A stretch of 51,381 nucleotides of DNA from the NCBI GenBank assembly GCA_964362545.1, contig CAYIEM010000003.1, positions 1-51,381 on the forward strand, given 5' to 3'. Source of the stretch: an uncultured Candidatus Saccharibacteria bacterium (GTDB taxonomy: Bacteria; Patescibacteriota; Minisyncoccia; Phycocordibacterales; UBA9973). The position numbers were made by a program, and so were the translations under genes. The notes beneath the pieces are model-generated. The model was not told where the DNA came from, ran no database searches, and saw nothing but the letters and a program-made list of their open reading frames with translations. Positions 28,664 through 39,075 of this stretch are shown one piece after another (positions within the stretch are counted from its first letter, which is position 1; each line of letters starts with the position of its first letter).

Positions 28664-30840
28664 TTATTCCAGAATTTTACGCAAAACATCTTCAGGTACT
28701 TCTTTAATTTTTGTTTTTGGTGTTTGCGCTGGTACAGGTGTAACAACCGGCTCTGGTTTAAATTCGGGCTCGGGTTCAGACTCGGGCTTAGGTTCTGGTT
28801 TGGGTTCTGGTTTGAATTCGGGCTCTGGCTGTTTTGGTTCGGGCTCGTGTTTTTTGACTTCACTAGCGCCACCTGCGACTATGCTTGTTGTCTCAATAAA
28901 ATTCTTCAACTTATTCATGTCTTCGACACTTGCCGCGCGATCTTTCGTTAACTTGTCTTTAGAAAATAAAGCGGGAGAAGTCCTAATATCACCACCCAAC
29001 ACGCTAAGTGGCACGGGAGAAGGAATATCAGGAACAGAAGGAGCGACACCCGGCACAGGAGAGGTTGATACGTTAAGCGTTTTACTTAAAACTTCTCTTA
29101 ATGCCAAATTCTCCCCGCCCACACGACTGGGCTTTGCGTTATCCTTGGTAAATACTTTTTTAATTCTGGAAAACAAGGGAATCTTTTTATCAAATTCTTT
29201 GGAAACAGGTTTGTCAATTCTCTCCGGATATCTTTCCGGCTCTATGTTTTTATGCTTATCCTCTGGCCTATTCACTACTGTATTACTCGAAGGGAATTCT
29301 ATTCCTAAGTCCGCTAGTGGTTTTACAAATTTGGCTTCATCACGTTTTATTTGTTTTATCGAACCGCTGATTGGTTTTATTTCACCGGATTTTATCTTGG
29401 CTATGCAATCCTTACAGTACACCGGCCTATTTGCCTCCGGCTTAAAAGGCACCATCGTATCTTTTTTACAAACGGAACACTTGGCTTCAAATTTTCCTGC
29501 GTCGGCCGAATCGCCATTATTACCCCCGAGCAACATTCCGCTCCAATCATTTATTTCTCGCTCCACTACTTCTCTCGGCCTGCAATACAAATCGCGGGAC
29601 GATTTAATAACTTCTTCCTCGATTTTCTTGTCGCCTGATTTTACTATCGGCGGAAGAGTCTTGGCAGAAAAAGGACGAGAAGACACTCCGTCTATCATTA
29701 GTTTTAGATAGACTTTATAGTTCGGCAAGTTCACGATGTCCTGCGGGGTAAATTCCGGCTCGAATTCTTTTTCCAAAAACTCCGCGTCGTCAGCGCCCAC
29801 GCGAAACACTATCATGGTGCCGACGTTTCCGAAAATAGCGTCTCTCACGCTAGAATCTTTGTCGGCGATAAGCTGGGCTGTGTACTGATGCGCCACGGTA
29901 AGGTTTAATCTGTATTTCCTCGCCTCGGAAAGTATTCCGGCAAAAGCCTCCGTTACGAAATTCTGGAATTCATCTACATAAAGGTAAAAATCTTTCCTCT
30001 CCGCTTCCGGAATGCGCACTCGCTCCATCGCCGCAAGCTGTATCTTGGTGATTATCATTCCGCCCAAGAGAGATGAATTATCCTCGCCAATGCGCCCTTT
30101 GGAGACGTTCACTAAAAATATCTTTCCTTCGTTCATTATGTCGAACACGTTGATGGTGCTTTTGGACTGACCGACAATGTTTCTTATAATGGAAGTAGAT
30201 AAGAACTGTCCGACTTTGTTTTGTATCGGCGCAATAGCTTCATTTCTGAACTTATCCTGCCAAGCTTCGTACTCGTGAATCCAAAAAGCTTTATTACCGG
30301 ATCTTTCAGATTGGCTATTATTTTCTGGCGGTAGTCTTTGTCCACCAGCATTCTCGGAATACCGAGCATAGTCGAACCCGGAGTGTCAAGCAACGCCAGA
30401 ATCGCGTTGTTTAAAATATATTCCATTCTGGCACTCCAGGCGTTTGCCCATATCTTAGTAAATATACCCATGAGTCCAGAAGCCACCAGGTGCTTGTATT
30501 TAGGGTCTATAAGCTCTAACACATTAAATCCTATATGATGCTCGCTATCCGCCGGATTGAAATAAACTACGTCTTTCATGCGGTGCGGCGGAATAGCCGA
30601 TAGGATAGCTTCGACATTTTCTCCGTGCGGGTCAACCATACAAACTCCGTCTCCATTTTCTATGTTTTGGACAATCATGTTGAACATCAGCGCAGACTTA
30701 CCTGTACCGGACTTTCCGAGAATATAAACATGCTGACGCCTGTCTTTGCGCTTTATGCCAAAAAGAGTATTTTTATCCCGATAAGTAGTGAGACCAATAT
30801 ACGTAATTTCCTTATTTTTGGGTATCCCCTCTAGTTCCAT
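28664..30840 (-). CDS. VirD4/HerA-like ATPase with CxxC-x17-CxxC domain and Pro/Glu/Lys-rich tail, split by a 1-nt frameshift near 30290
   Basis: Walker A GKSGTGKS is in ORF 30184-30840 and Walker B YVDEFQN in ORF 28664-30148. Shifting frame at ATA AAG CTT restores KAFWIHEYEAWQDKFRNEAIAPIQNKVGQFL, collinear with the 18871 paralogue. Confidence 0.85.
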
Positions 30841-30868
30841 ACCTAGAATTATACAATAAAATTGAATT

Positions 30869-32536
30869 TTAATATACTTCCTGCTGATAACACTTCTCGC
30901 AGTACACTATTTCCGGTCGGTCAGGAGCATAACTGGTTTCAAATTCATTCTCGCAACCTTCCTTCATGCATTTGCGGTGCCAAACACGAGAGGGGGTGCG
31001 AAGGGAAAAACGTTTTTCTAAACGACAATAAAAACAATGTCTCGGTATGGGAATTTGCCATTTTTTATAGAAAGAAAATTCGTTTGGTATGATTTTGTAA
31101 TTTCTTTTACATTTAGTACATTCTAAAATCTCATTTATAATATTGTCTGAAACATTATTAATGTTATCTGAAATTTCTTTTAGTGTAGTTTTTCCTTTTG
31201 TTTGTTGTAAATTTTCTTGAAAATGAAACCCGGAACTTAGTATCTCTTCTTTTGTCATTGGGAAAGATAGATTTGCCATTGATTCATTATAAGCAAACGG
31301 CGAATATTTCATAGGAAAAAATTCTCCCCATTCTCCAGTTTTTTTCATATATTCAATTATTTTTTCTTTCAGTTTAAAATACTCAACTTTTTCATACTGT
31401 TTATTGAAAATTGAATATTCGTCGTGTTTCAACGCAATACATCCAAAACAATTTTGTGAAGATTGACAAGATTCGGAATATGCCACATCAACACATCTCC
31501 AAGTATATATAACAAACAAAGCTCTATTTGAATGGTCTGGGGTCAATCCTTCATAACACTCTACGAGTTCCCCTCCAACGGATAAATCATAACTGTTTTT
31601 TTGAGTATCGCCATTCTCTAAATACTTGCTGTCTTCCGCTCGACGCCCATGAAAAACATTTTTGGAATTTTTACTATTCGATAAGTTGTTTCCTGTACAA
31701 TTAACACAATTTTTAAAAGAAGCGTATTTCCTTGGTTGAGTTAGTAAGAAATTTTCAAATTCAATTTTTGCTTTTTCATTCCCGCTATAAGTTTCAAGTT
31801 GATAACTTGCTAAAATTTTTTTGTATTCTTCTTTAGAATATTGAACATTTCTTACACAATATTTTTTGTTACGCAAATTAACACATAAAAAACAAAACTC
31901 GCACCCACTACAATCATAACAAAAAGAGCAATTCATTAGAGTCGAAGAATAGTACACATTCCTGCAAGCAAAACATTTTTCACTATACATTGATTCGTAA
32001 ATTCCCTCTCCTGTTCCCCAAATACCCATCGAATCAACAGTGCCTTTTGCATCAGCGGCATAACAAAGATACATGCAGTCTTGGATTTTCCAAGCTACCA
32101 TACACATGAAACAATTTTTACCAAAGGCAAAATCCTGGGTGTATTCACAATTCTCGCTTCCGATATTGTTGTCATTAAAAAGGGCGAGAGCCGGTACTTT
32201 TAGACGAAACTTGGCGAATTGTTCAAAAAATGATTTAGAAAAATCAAAACTACAACCATAAGATTTTGGGTCCCATTTATCACTCCACCAACATTTGTTG
32301 CAATAAATAATTTGAGGGCTATCGGGAGAATAAACTGAAATTATACTTCTTTTACATAAATCGCAAATGCGATTATAAAAATTAAAATCATTCCGCCACG
32401 CCAATCTTCTCTGTCTGCGACAACCCGGACAAAATGTCGGCGGAGGTACTTTGATTTTCTCGTAAAACCCGAAGTCATCCGGCTCTATGGTGAAATCTTT
32501 TTTGCAGTTTTGACAATTTCTTGTTTCGTTTTGCAT
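30869..32536 (-). CDS. Cys-rich multi-zinc-ribbon protein, paralogue 6
   Basis: Same architecture; ends FETSYAPDRPEIVYCEKCYQQEVY. Confidence 0.9.
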   Translation of the reverse strand: MQNETRNCQNCKKDFTIEPDDFGFYEKIKVPPPTFCPGCRRQRRLAWRNDFNFYNRICDLCKRSIISVYSPDSPQIIYCNKCWWSDKWDPKSYGCSFDFSKSFFEQFAKFRLKVPALALFNDNNIGSENCEYTQDFAFGKNCFMCMVAWKIQDCMYLCYAADAKGTVDSMGIWGTGEGIYESMYSEKCFACRNVYYSSTLMNCSFCYDCSGCEFCFLCVNLRNKKYCVRNVQYSKEEYKKILASYQLETYSGNEKAKIEFENFLLTQPRKYASFKNCVNCTGNNLSNSKNSKNVFHGRRAEDSKYLENGDTQKNSYDLSVGGELVECYEGLTPDHSNRALFVIYTWRCVDVAYSESCQSSQNCFGCIALKHDEYSIFNKQYEKVEYFKLKEKIIEYMKKTGEWGEFFPMKYSPFAYNESMANLSFPMTKEEILSSGFHFQENLQQTKGKTTLKEISDNINNVSDNIINEILECTKCKRNYKIIPNEFSFYKKWQIPIPRHCFYCRLEKRFSLRTPSRVWHRKCMKEGCENEFETSYAPDRPEIVYCEKCYQQEVY

Positions 32537-32547
32537 GGTTTTTTATC

Positions 32548-32583
32548 TGTGGTGAATTTAAGCATATGCTTAAATTCACCACA
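32548..32583. repeat. Perfect 36-bp palindrome upstream of paralogue 6
   Basis: TGTGGTGAATTTAAGCAT|ATGCTTAAATTCACCACA. Confidence 0.9.
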
Positions 32584-32591
32584 CCTAATAC

Positions 32592-34328
32592 TCAATACAC
32601 TTCCTGCTGATAGCATTTTTCACAATACACAATTTCCTGTCGGTCGGGAGCGTAAGAGGTCTCAAACTCGTTTGAACATTTATTTTCATGTCCATGACTT
32701 GTTTTGTCGCACATGCAAGGTCGATGCCAAAGCTTGAATGGATTCCTTTTCTTCAATCTGTTCGTGTACCTGCAATAAAAACATCTCCTTGGTATCGGAA
32801 TTTGCATTTTTTTGTAAAAAATAAGTTCGTTCTGAACGACCTTGTAATTTCTTTCACATTCAATACATTTCAGTACCTCATTAGCTATACCATCTGAAAT
32901 ATCTTCTATCGAATCAAGAATGTTTTCCGGCAATAGTGTTTCTTTCCCTATTGTACGTTGGGTATTATCCTGCCAATTATATCCAGAGTCTTTTGCTTCC
33001 TCTTTGGAAAGATACATAATTTCTGGAGCATAAGTTTCGTTGTAACCAAACGGGGAAAATTCTATAGGATAAAACTCTCCGTACTTATAAATGGCACCTT
33101 TTCTGTCGACATACGGCATCTCATTCATATGGCTAATTATTTTGGGTACTAGTTTTTCATATTCTTCCTTTGTGTATTGTCTGTTGAAAACGCAATAACT
33201 TGCATTGCGAAGCCCGACACAACCAAAACAATACTTACAATTATGGCAATGCTGGCAATATTTTATATCTTGACTTTTTACGGAAAAAACCCCGAAAAGA
33301 TTAAGTTGGGAATGATCTCCAACAACACACTCATAACATTCCGAAGATATACCTGTGGTCGTTATGTCATAACAGTCTTTGGTGGGACTTTTACTGTCTC
33401 CGGAAAAATCTGAGTATCTGCAATTTTCGGCGTTTTTTAACACAAAGCTTTGTTTTGAGTTCTTGGAATCAGAAATCATCTCTCCTGTGCAATTCAAGCT
33501 ATGAAAAATCTCGGTATAACGCCTTGGATATTTCAAAACGAACTCATAATACTCTTTTTGCGCTTTTTCTGCCCCGGAAAACGTGTTTAGGCGATACTTT
33601 GTCAAAATTTTTTCATAATCTTCTTTTGAATATTTTTTGTTTTGAAAATGATACTTTTTATTTCGAAGACCGGCACACATAAAGCAGTCATTGCAATCAA
33701 AACAATCATAAAGAAATTGCGAATCGAGGCAATTAAGACAAAATTGGGAGTACTTTAATTGATAGCAATTCTTAGTGATCATGCACTCATAAAGCCATTC
33801 ATTCTTGGACCTTATAGACATGCAGTCCATCATGTCTCTACCGGCAAGGATAAAAAAGCTGTACATAACATTTTCTGCGTACCAGCCGGAAAAACACATA
33901 TAACAATTCTTGGAAAACCACCAGTCTTGAGTATATTCACAATTTAAACTGACAATACCATCGTCATTTACAACTGACATTTGTGGAACTTTTTGTAAAA
34001 GTTCCCTGAATTGAACAAAAAAAGATTTCGAGAAATCGTAATCTCTGCTGTAAAATTTTGAGTCCCATTTGTCGCTCCACCAGCATTTGTTGCAGTATAT
34101 GATAAACCCTGAATCTGGAGAGTAGAGCGAGACAACAGGCTTGGCGCACAAATCGCACTTACGCGAATAGAGCGACATGTTGTTCCTCCAAGCCCAACGT
34201 CTTTGCCTTCTGCACTCCGGACAAAAAGTCGGAGGAGGCACTTTGATTTTTTCATAAAATCCAAAATCATCAAGTTCGATCGTGAAGTCTTTTTTACAGT
34301 TTTGACATTGTCGAGTTTCGCTTTGCAC
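32592..34328 (-). CDS. Cys-rich multi-zinc-ribbon protein, paralogue 5 (short His/Cys insert)
   Basis: Same architecture; CMCDKTSHGHENKC in the last knuckle; GTG start with TATAAT 6 nt upstream. Confidence 0.9.
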   Translation of the reverse strand: MQSETRQCQNCKKDFTIELDDFGFYEKIKVPPPTFCPECRRQRRWAWRNNMSLYSRKCDLCAKPVVSLYSPDSGFIIYCNKCWWSDKWDSKFYSRDYDFSKSFFVQFRELLQKVPQMSVVNDDGIVSLNCEYTQDWWFSKNCYMCFSGWYAENVMYSFFILAGRDMMDCMSIRSKNEWLYECMITKNCYQLKYSQFCLNCLDSQFLYDCFDCNDCFMCAGLRNKKYHFQNKKYSKEDYEKILTKYRLNTFSGAEKAQKEYYEFVLKYPRRYTEIFHSLNCTGEMISDSKNSKQSFVLKNAENCRYSDFSGDSKSPTKDCYDITTTGISSECYECVVGDHSQLNLFGVFSVKSQDIKYCQHCHNCKYCFGCVGLRNASYCVFNRQYTKEEYEKLVPKIISHMNEMPYVDRKGAIYKYGEFYPIEFSPFGYNETYAPEIMYLSKEEAKDSGYNWQDNTQRTIGKETLLPENILDSIEDISDGIANEVLKCIECERNYKVVQNELIFYKKMQIPIPRRCFYCRYTNRLKKRNPFKLWHRPCMCDKTSHGHENKCSNEFETSYAPDRQEIVYCEKCYQQEVY

Positions 34329-34357
34329 TCTTTAATTATAACAAAAATTCACTGAAC

Positions 34358-34397
34358 AAAGAAACGCAAAAGAAATGTCGACCTGGCAGGTCGACAT
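34358..34397 (-). terminator. Probable dnaK terminator
   Basis: ATGTCGACCT-ggc-AGGTCGACAT (34375-34397) followed on the minus strand by TTCTTTTGCGTTTCTTT. Confidence 0.7.
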
Positions 34398-34418
34398 GTT
34401 TTGGAATTTTTTTAATTT

Positions 34419-36335
34419 TTACTGTTTAGACGCTTCGTCTTCTGGTTTACCACCTTCTTTAAATTCGGCGTCTTTGACCTCTGGTGGTTGTTCTTCGGGT
34501 GTAGAAGATCCTGAGCTAGCTCCAGGATTAGCTCCCGCCTTTTGTATAGCTTCTCCTATTTTAGACATTTCGGCAGAAAGTTCTTCGGTTGCTTTTTTAA
34601 TTTTGTCTATGTCGTCACCATCTTTGGCCCCGCGTAAAGCTGTTATCTTTACATTAACGCTATCTTTTATATCAGCAGGAATCTTAGCCTCATTGTCTTT
34701 CAATGCTTTTTCGGCAGTATATATAATCATCTCAGCAGTGTTTTTGATATCTACATTTTCGCGTTTCTTTTTGTCTTCCTCGGCGTGAAGCTCCGCATCT
34801 TTTTGCATTTTCTCAATATCTTCCTTTTTTAATCCCGAGCTTGCTTCTATTTTTATAGATTGGGCCTTACCGGAAGCTTTATCCATGGCTTTCACATTGA
34901 GTATTCCGTTCACGTCAATATCAAAAGTGACTTCCACTTGAGGCATACCACGAGGCGATGGTGGAATGCCGTCCAATATGAACCTGCCGAGCGATTTATT
35001 GTCGGAAGCCATAGGGCGTTCTCCTTGCACTATGTGAATCTCAACAGAAGTTTGGTTATCAGCCGCAGTTGAAAATACTTGTGATTTGGAGGCCGGAATA
35101 GTGGTGTTTCTTTCGATCAATTTTGTCCCGACTCCACCCAATGTTTCAATACCAAGGGAGAGTGGTATGACATCAAGCAAAAGCACATCTCGCACATCTC
35201 CTGCGAGTACTCCGGCTTGTACTGCAGCGCCTAAAGCCACCACTTCGTCAGGATTGATTGACATATTCGGTGTTTTGCCAAAAAGATTTTTCACCGCTTC
35301 TACTATTGCCGGCATTCTAGTTTGTCCGCCGACCATTATGATTTCATTTATCTCACTCATCTTGAATGGTGAAGCTTCCAGTGCTCTTTTGATAATTTCA
35401 ATAGAGTGGTCTACATATTCTTTCGCCAGACTTTCTAATGTGGCGCGCGACATCTTCAAAAGCAGATGTTTTGGTCCAGAAGAATCAGAGGTGATAAATG
35501 GAATGTTTATTTCTGCTTCCATCGTGGTAGAAAGTTCGTGCTTCGCTTTTTCTGCCGCTTCCTTTAATCTCTGATGAGCAAGCGGATCTTTCCTCACGTC
35601 AATGCCAGATTCTTTTTTGTATTCTTCGGCAATCCAAGCAATGATTTTTCTATCAATATCACCTCCGCCCATGTGACTATCGCCATCTGTTGATTTGACC
35701 TCTATGACATCATCGCCTATCTCAAGAACTGAGACGTCGAAAGTTCCACCACCGAAATCGTAAACGACTATCTTTTCATTTTTCTTTTTGTTAAATCCAT
35801 AAGCAAGTGCCGCTGCGGTAGGTTCATTAATAATACGTTTTACATCAAGACCGGCGATCTGCCCTGCGTCTTTTGTTGCCTTCCTTTGCGCATCATTGAA
35901 GTATGCAGGGACAGTGATCACTGCCTCTGTTATTTTTTCTCCCAGTTTGGCTTCAACGTCGGATTTTATTTTTTGCAAGATCATAGCAGAAATCTCTTCT
36001 GGTCGATAAAATTTATCTGACATCTTCACCTTCACTCCGCCATCTTCGCCACTCTCGATTTTAAAAGGAGCGGTTGATTTATCTTTCTGGACACCTGGGT
36101 CATCGAATCTATGCCCCATGTAGCGTTTTATTTCAGAAATTGTGTTTTCCGGGTTAGTGACTGCTTGCCTCTTAGAGAGGAGCCCGACTATACGATCGCC
36201 ATTTTTTGTTATAGCGACAATGGAAGGCGTAGTGCGATTGCCTTCGACATTTTCAATAATTTTAGGGCTTCCTCCCTCAATGAAGGCAACTGCCGAATTT
36301 GTTGTACCCAAATCTATACCTATTATTTTACTCAT
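34419..36335 (-). CDS. dnaK: Chaperone DnaK
   Basis: [39 protein letters not shown]. Confidence 0.98.
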   Translation of the reverse strand: MSKIIGIDLGTTNSAVAFIEGGSPKIIENVEGNRTTPSIVAITKNGDRIVGLLSKRQAVTNPENTISEIKRYMGHRFDDPGVQKDKSTAPFKIESGEDGGVKVKMSDKFYRPEEISAMILQKIKSDVEAKLGEKITEAVITVPAYFNDAQRKATKDAGQIAGLDVKRIINEPTAAALAYGFNKKKNEKIVVYDFGGGTFDVSVLEIGDDVIEVKSTDGDSHMGGGDIDRKIIAWIAEEYKKESGIDVRKDPLAHQRLKEAAEKAKHELSTTMEAEINIPFITSDSSGPKHLLLKMSRATLESLAKEYVDHSIEIIKRALEASPFKMSEINEIIMVGGQTRMPAIVEAVKNLFGKTPNMSINPDEVVALGAAVQAGVLAGDVRDVLLLDVIPLSLGIETLGGVGTKLIERNTTIPASKSQVFSTAADNQTSVEIHIVQGERPMASDNKSLGRFILDGIPPSPRGMPQVEVTFDIDVNGILNVKAMDKASGKAQSIKIEASSGLKKEDIEKMQKDAELHAEEDKKKRENVDIKNTAEMIIYTAEKALKDNEAKIPADIKDSVNVKITALRGAKDGDDIDKIKKATEELSAEMSKIGEAIQKAGANPGASSGSSTPEEQPPEVKDAEFKEGGKPEDEASKQ

Positions 36336-36397
36336 AATTTTTTTGATTTAAATCCCGATCCGATAATCGGGGACTAATAATTAAGTTTAATAAATAC

Positions 36398-36477
36398 ATA
36401 CTACACTTATATTTTATATTTTGCAAGTTTTTCGCGACCGCGAAATACTTGTCAAAAGATAGTATCTATTATAATAT
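36398..36477. promoter_or_regulatory. Back-to-back sigma70-like promoters for dnaK and the PaaX-like gene with a central palindrome
   Basis: Minus strand TTGCAA-17-TAGTAT; plus strand TTGTCA-17-TAATAT; CAAGTtTTTCGCG-ac-CGCGAAAtACTTG (36424-36451) spans the two -35 boxes. Confidence 0.55.
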
Positions 36478-36483
36478 ATATCT

Positions 36484-37011
36484 ATGTCAAGAAAAACGCC
36501 CCCAAATAGCTATTCTAGCAAGATACTTAATATTTTAGACGGAAAACCAGCGATCCCGCTAGATTCAATAAACAATAACAGAAACACAAAAACGGGTTAC
36601 GCCTTGACTCGTTCAATAAAAAACTTGGTAGAAGCTGGATGTGTAGAGGTAGTTTGCTCAGATAATAAAAGCTATTTAAAATTAACAAAAAAAGGAAAAA
36701 GGAAATTGGATTACATCAAACTCGAAGGCAGTGGCGTCCTCATATCTACTGTCTGGGATGGATTGTGGAGAATTATAATTTTAGATATCCCAGAAGAAAG
36801 GAAAAGTGAACGCGACGCGCTACGCTATCTTCTAAAAAAAGCAGATTTCAAATGTATAAAAAATACTGTTTGGGTATCGCCTCACCCATACGAACACCTT
36901 TTTACAAATATAAAAAAAGATCTGGGACTGGGAACTGAACTCATGATAATAATTACTGATAAGTTAGACGAAAAAACAAAGCTTGCTTTTTTGGAAAGTT
37001 CAAAAAGATAA
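36484..37011 (+). CDS. PaaX-like transcriptional regulator (wHTH plus Cas2-like central domain)
   Basis: LTRSIKNLVEAG.V....LKLTKKG wHTH; WDGLWRIIILDIPEE...RDALR.LL....F..IKNTVWVSP. Confidence 0.8.
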   Translation: MSRKTPPNSYSSKILNILDGKPAIPLDSINNNRNTKTGYALTRSIKNLVEAGCVEVVCSDNKSYLKLTKKGKRKLDYIKLEGSGVLISTVWDGLWRIIILDIPEERKSERDALRYLLKKADFKCIKNTVWVSPHPYEHLFTNIKKDLGLGTELMIIITDKLDEKTKLAFLESSKR

Positions 37012-37023
37012 AATATTTAATTT

Positions 37024-37329
37024 TTAAACAACTTCTTCCATCATCCACTCCTTATAAGCTCTATTTATCCTCCTCACATCTACCCCAGCGATGAGAGGAG
37101 TAGAATAAGAGTGATGGTTAGAAATTAGATCGTTCACAGTCTCCAATTTAGATTCAAAAGTGGCAATAATAAGCATCATTTCGGATATTTTTTTATACTC
37201 GCCCTTCCAATTATACATGGAGTGGATAGGCCAGTAATCTATACAAGCGCCGAGCTTTTGCTCTAAAATTAGTTTCCCTAAACGCTCTGCTTCCTCAGAA
37301 GTCGCGCAAGTCGTGTAAATAAATACCAT
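37024..37329 (-). CDS. cutA: Divalent-cation tolerance protein CutA
   Basis: IYTTC...EEA...G...LGAC, SMYNWKG, HHSYSTP. Confidence 0.9.
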   Translation of the reverse strand: MVFIYTTCATSEEAERLGKLILEQKLGACIDYWPIHSMYNWKGEYKKISEMMLIIATFESKLETVNDLISNHHSYSTPLIAGVDVRRINRAYKEWMMEEVV

Positions 37330-37396
37330 AGAAAAATAATATTCATTATTTTCGACCTTTACTCTATTGTACCACTTTTAGAAAAGCAAGTACACT

Positions 37397-39070
37397 TCAA
37401 TATACTTCCCCCTGGTAACACTTCTCACAATAAATTATTTCAGGTCTCTCCGGAGCATAGGAAGTTTCAAATTCATTGCCGCACCCTTCTTTCATACACT
37501 TCCGGCGCCAAAGTTTGCGGGGCAGTCTGGACATGACCCTCCCTTTGTATCGACAGCTAAAACAAAAATGCGGAATTGGAATGTTTTCACGCTTATAAAA
37601 TGTGAGCTCCGCAGGCACAACATTATAATTTTTTTCACATTTTTCACATTTTAATATCTCTTTGATGATAGAATCCGGGGTATTTTTTATATCGTCTGGT
37701 ATATCCTTCGGTAAAATAGTTTCTTTGCCATAAGTTCCCGGCACATTTTCCTCCCATCGCAAGCCTTTATGCAGAACTTCCTCCTTACTGAGCGGCATGT
37801 ATACTCCAGCATGAGACTCGTTGTACGCGAAAGGTGAAAGTTTGCTTGGAAAAAATTCGCCATACTCTCCTGTTTTTTGCATATGTTCGATAATTTTTTC
37901 TCTTAGTTTCTGATATTCTTCCTTCCCATATTTTTTGTTGAAAACCATATAACTCCCCTTCTTGATGCCACAACACCCGAATAAACTACTGCTGTTATGG
38001 CAAGAATCGCAATACTGTATTTCATTATTGTCGTAAGACAGATGGGTAAATAAGACATTTTGGGAACGAACGATGGCGTGACATTCATACATCAGCTCAC
38101 AATTAAAACCGGCATGATAGACATCCATCGAATCTTTCATGTCGGGAATAATAATCCCGTATTTAGTATTTTCTACTCTGTCTGAATCAAAAACCTGCCG
38201 AGCGTTTCGGGAATTATAAATCATATTACCAGTCGAATTTACAGTATTTTCCATAATGGCAAACTCGTGAATGGCTTTTTCTTCGACTAAGTCTTTAAAA
38301 TCAGCAAACAGTTTTTTTCTTGACTCAAAAGAACCCAAATTGAATTCTTTTATTTTTTCTAAATACTCGTCTCTCCCATATTTTTTATTAAGAATAAGAT
38401 AACTTTGATTTCTTTGGTTGCAGGACAGAAAACAATTCTGGCAATTCGTCATATCGTAACAATAAAGACAATCGGTACAATTCTTCAAAAGAGTGGAAAA
38501 CTGGCAACGATAAATGTCGGAACAATTTATGCATTCATAAGACAAAACGCCGTTTTTCATAATCATGTAGCAATCTGACAAATCTTGACCTTTTTCCCAG
38601 ATATTGTTTGAATACATGATGTTCTCCGAATAAAAAGTGGAGACACTCATATAACAATTTTTATTGTCTCCGGAGTGGTTGGTATATTCTGAATTTACAC
38701 TGTTCTTCGTCAAGAGCGCTATTCTTGGAATTTTGAGTTGCAATTCATGAAATTGTTCAAAAAAGGGTCTGCTGAAATCAAACTCCTGGGTTATTTCCCT
38801 GGCATCCCATCCGTCTCCCCACCAACACGGAGGGCAATAAACTTTGTAGGGGCTTTTAGGAGAATAAATCGTCACGCTACTTTTCCCGCAAAGATCACAC
38901 GGTCTCCTATAGAGTGTAATTTCATTGCGCCAAGCATACCGCCTCTGCTGTCTGCATTCCGGACAAAAGGTCGGAGCCGGCACTTTCATCTTTTCATAAA
39001 ACTTAAAATCCTCCGGCTCGATGATGAAAATTTGTTGACAATTCTTACAATTCTTGGTTTCGCTATGCAT
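37397..39070 (-). CDS. Cys-rich multi-zinc-ribbon protein, paralogue 4
   Basis: Same architecture; start moved to ATG 39070 (MHSETKNC) by alignment with the paralogues. Confidence 0.9.
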   Translation of the reverse strand: MHSETKNCKNCQQIFIIEPEDFKFYEKMKVPAPTFCPECRQQRRYAWRNEITLYRRPCDLCGKSSVTIYSPKSPYKVYCPPCWWGDGWDAREITQEFDFSRPFFEQFHELQLKIPRIALLTKNSVNSEYTNHSGDNKNCYMSVSTFYSENIMYSNNIWEKGQDLSDCYMIMKNGVLSYECINCSDIYRCQFSTLLKNCTDCLYCYDMTNCQNCFLSCNQRNQSYLILNKKYGRDEYLEKIKEFNLGSFESRKKLFADFKDLVEEKAIHEFAIMENTVNSTGNMIYNSRNARQVFDSDRVENTKYGIIIPDMKDSMDVYHAGFNCELMYECHAIVRSQNVLFTHLSYDNNEIQYCDSCHNSSSLFGCCGIKKGSYMVFNKKYGKEEYQKLREKIIEHMQKTGEYGEFFPSKLSPFAYNESHAGVYMPLSKEEVLHKGLRWEENVPGTYGKETILPKDIPDDIKNTPDSIIKEILKCEKCEKNYNVVPAELTFYKRENIPIPHFCFSCRYKGRVMSRLPRKLWRRKCMKEGCGNEFETSYAPERPEIIYCEKCYQGEVY

Positions 39071-39075
39071 ATGGT

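Noticed and set aside
28644-29711. 355-aa plus-strand ORF with SG repeats
   Set aside because: Antisense shadow of the Pro/Glu-rich ATPase tail.
18871-34328. Conjugative element or prophage
   Set aside because: No integrase, relaxase, VirB4/VirB6 or phage structural genes; the region is interleaved with core chaperone genes.
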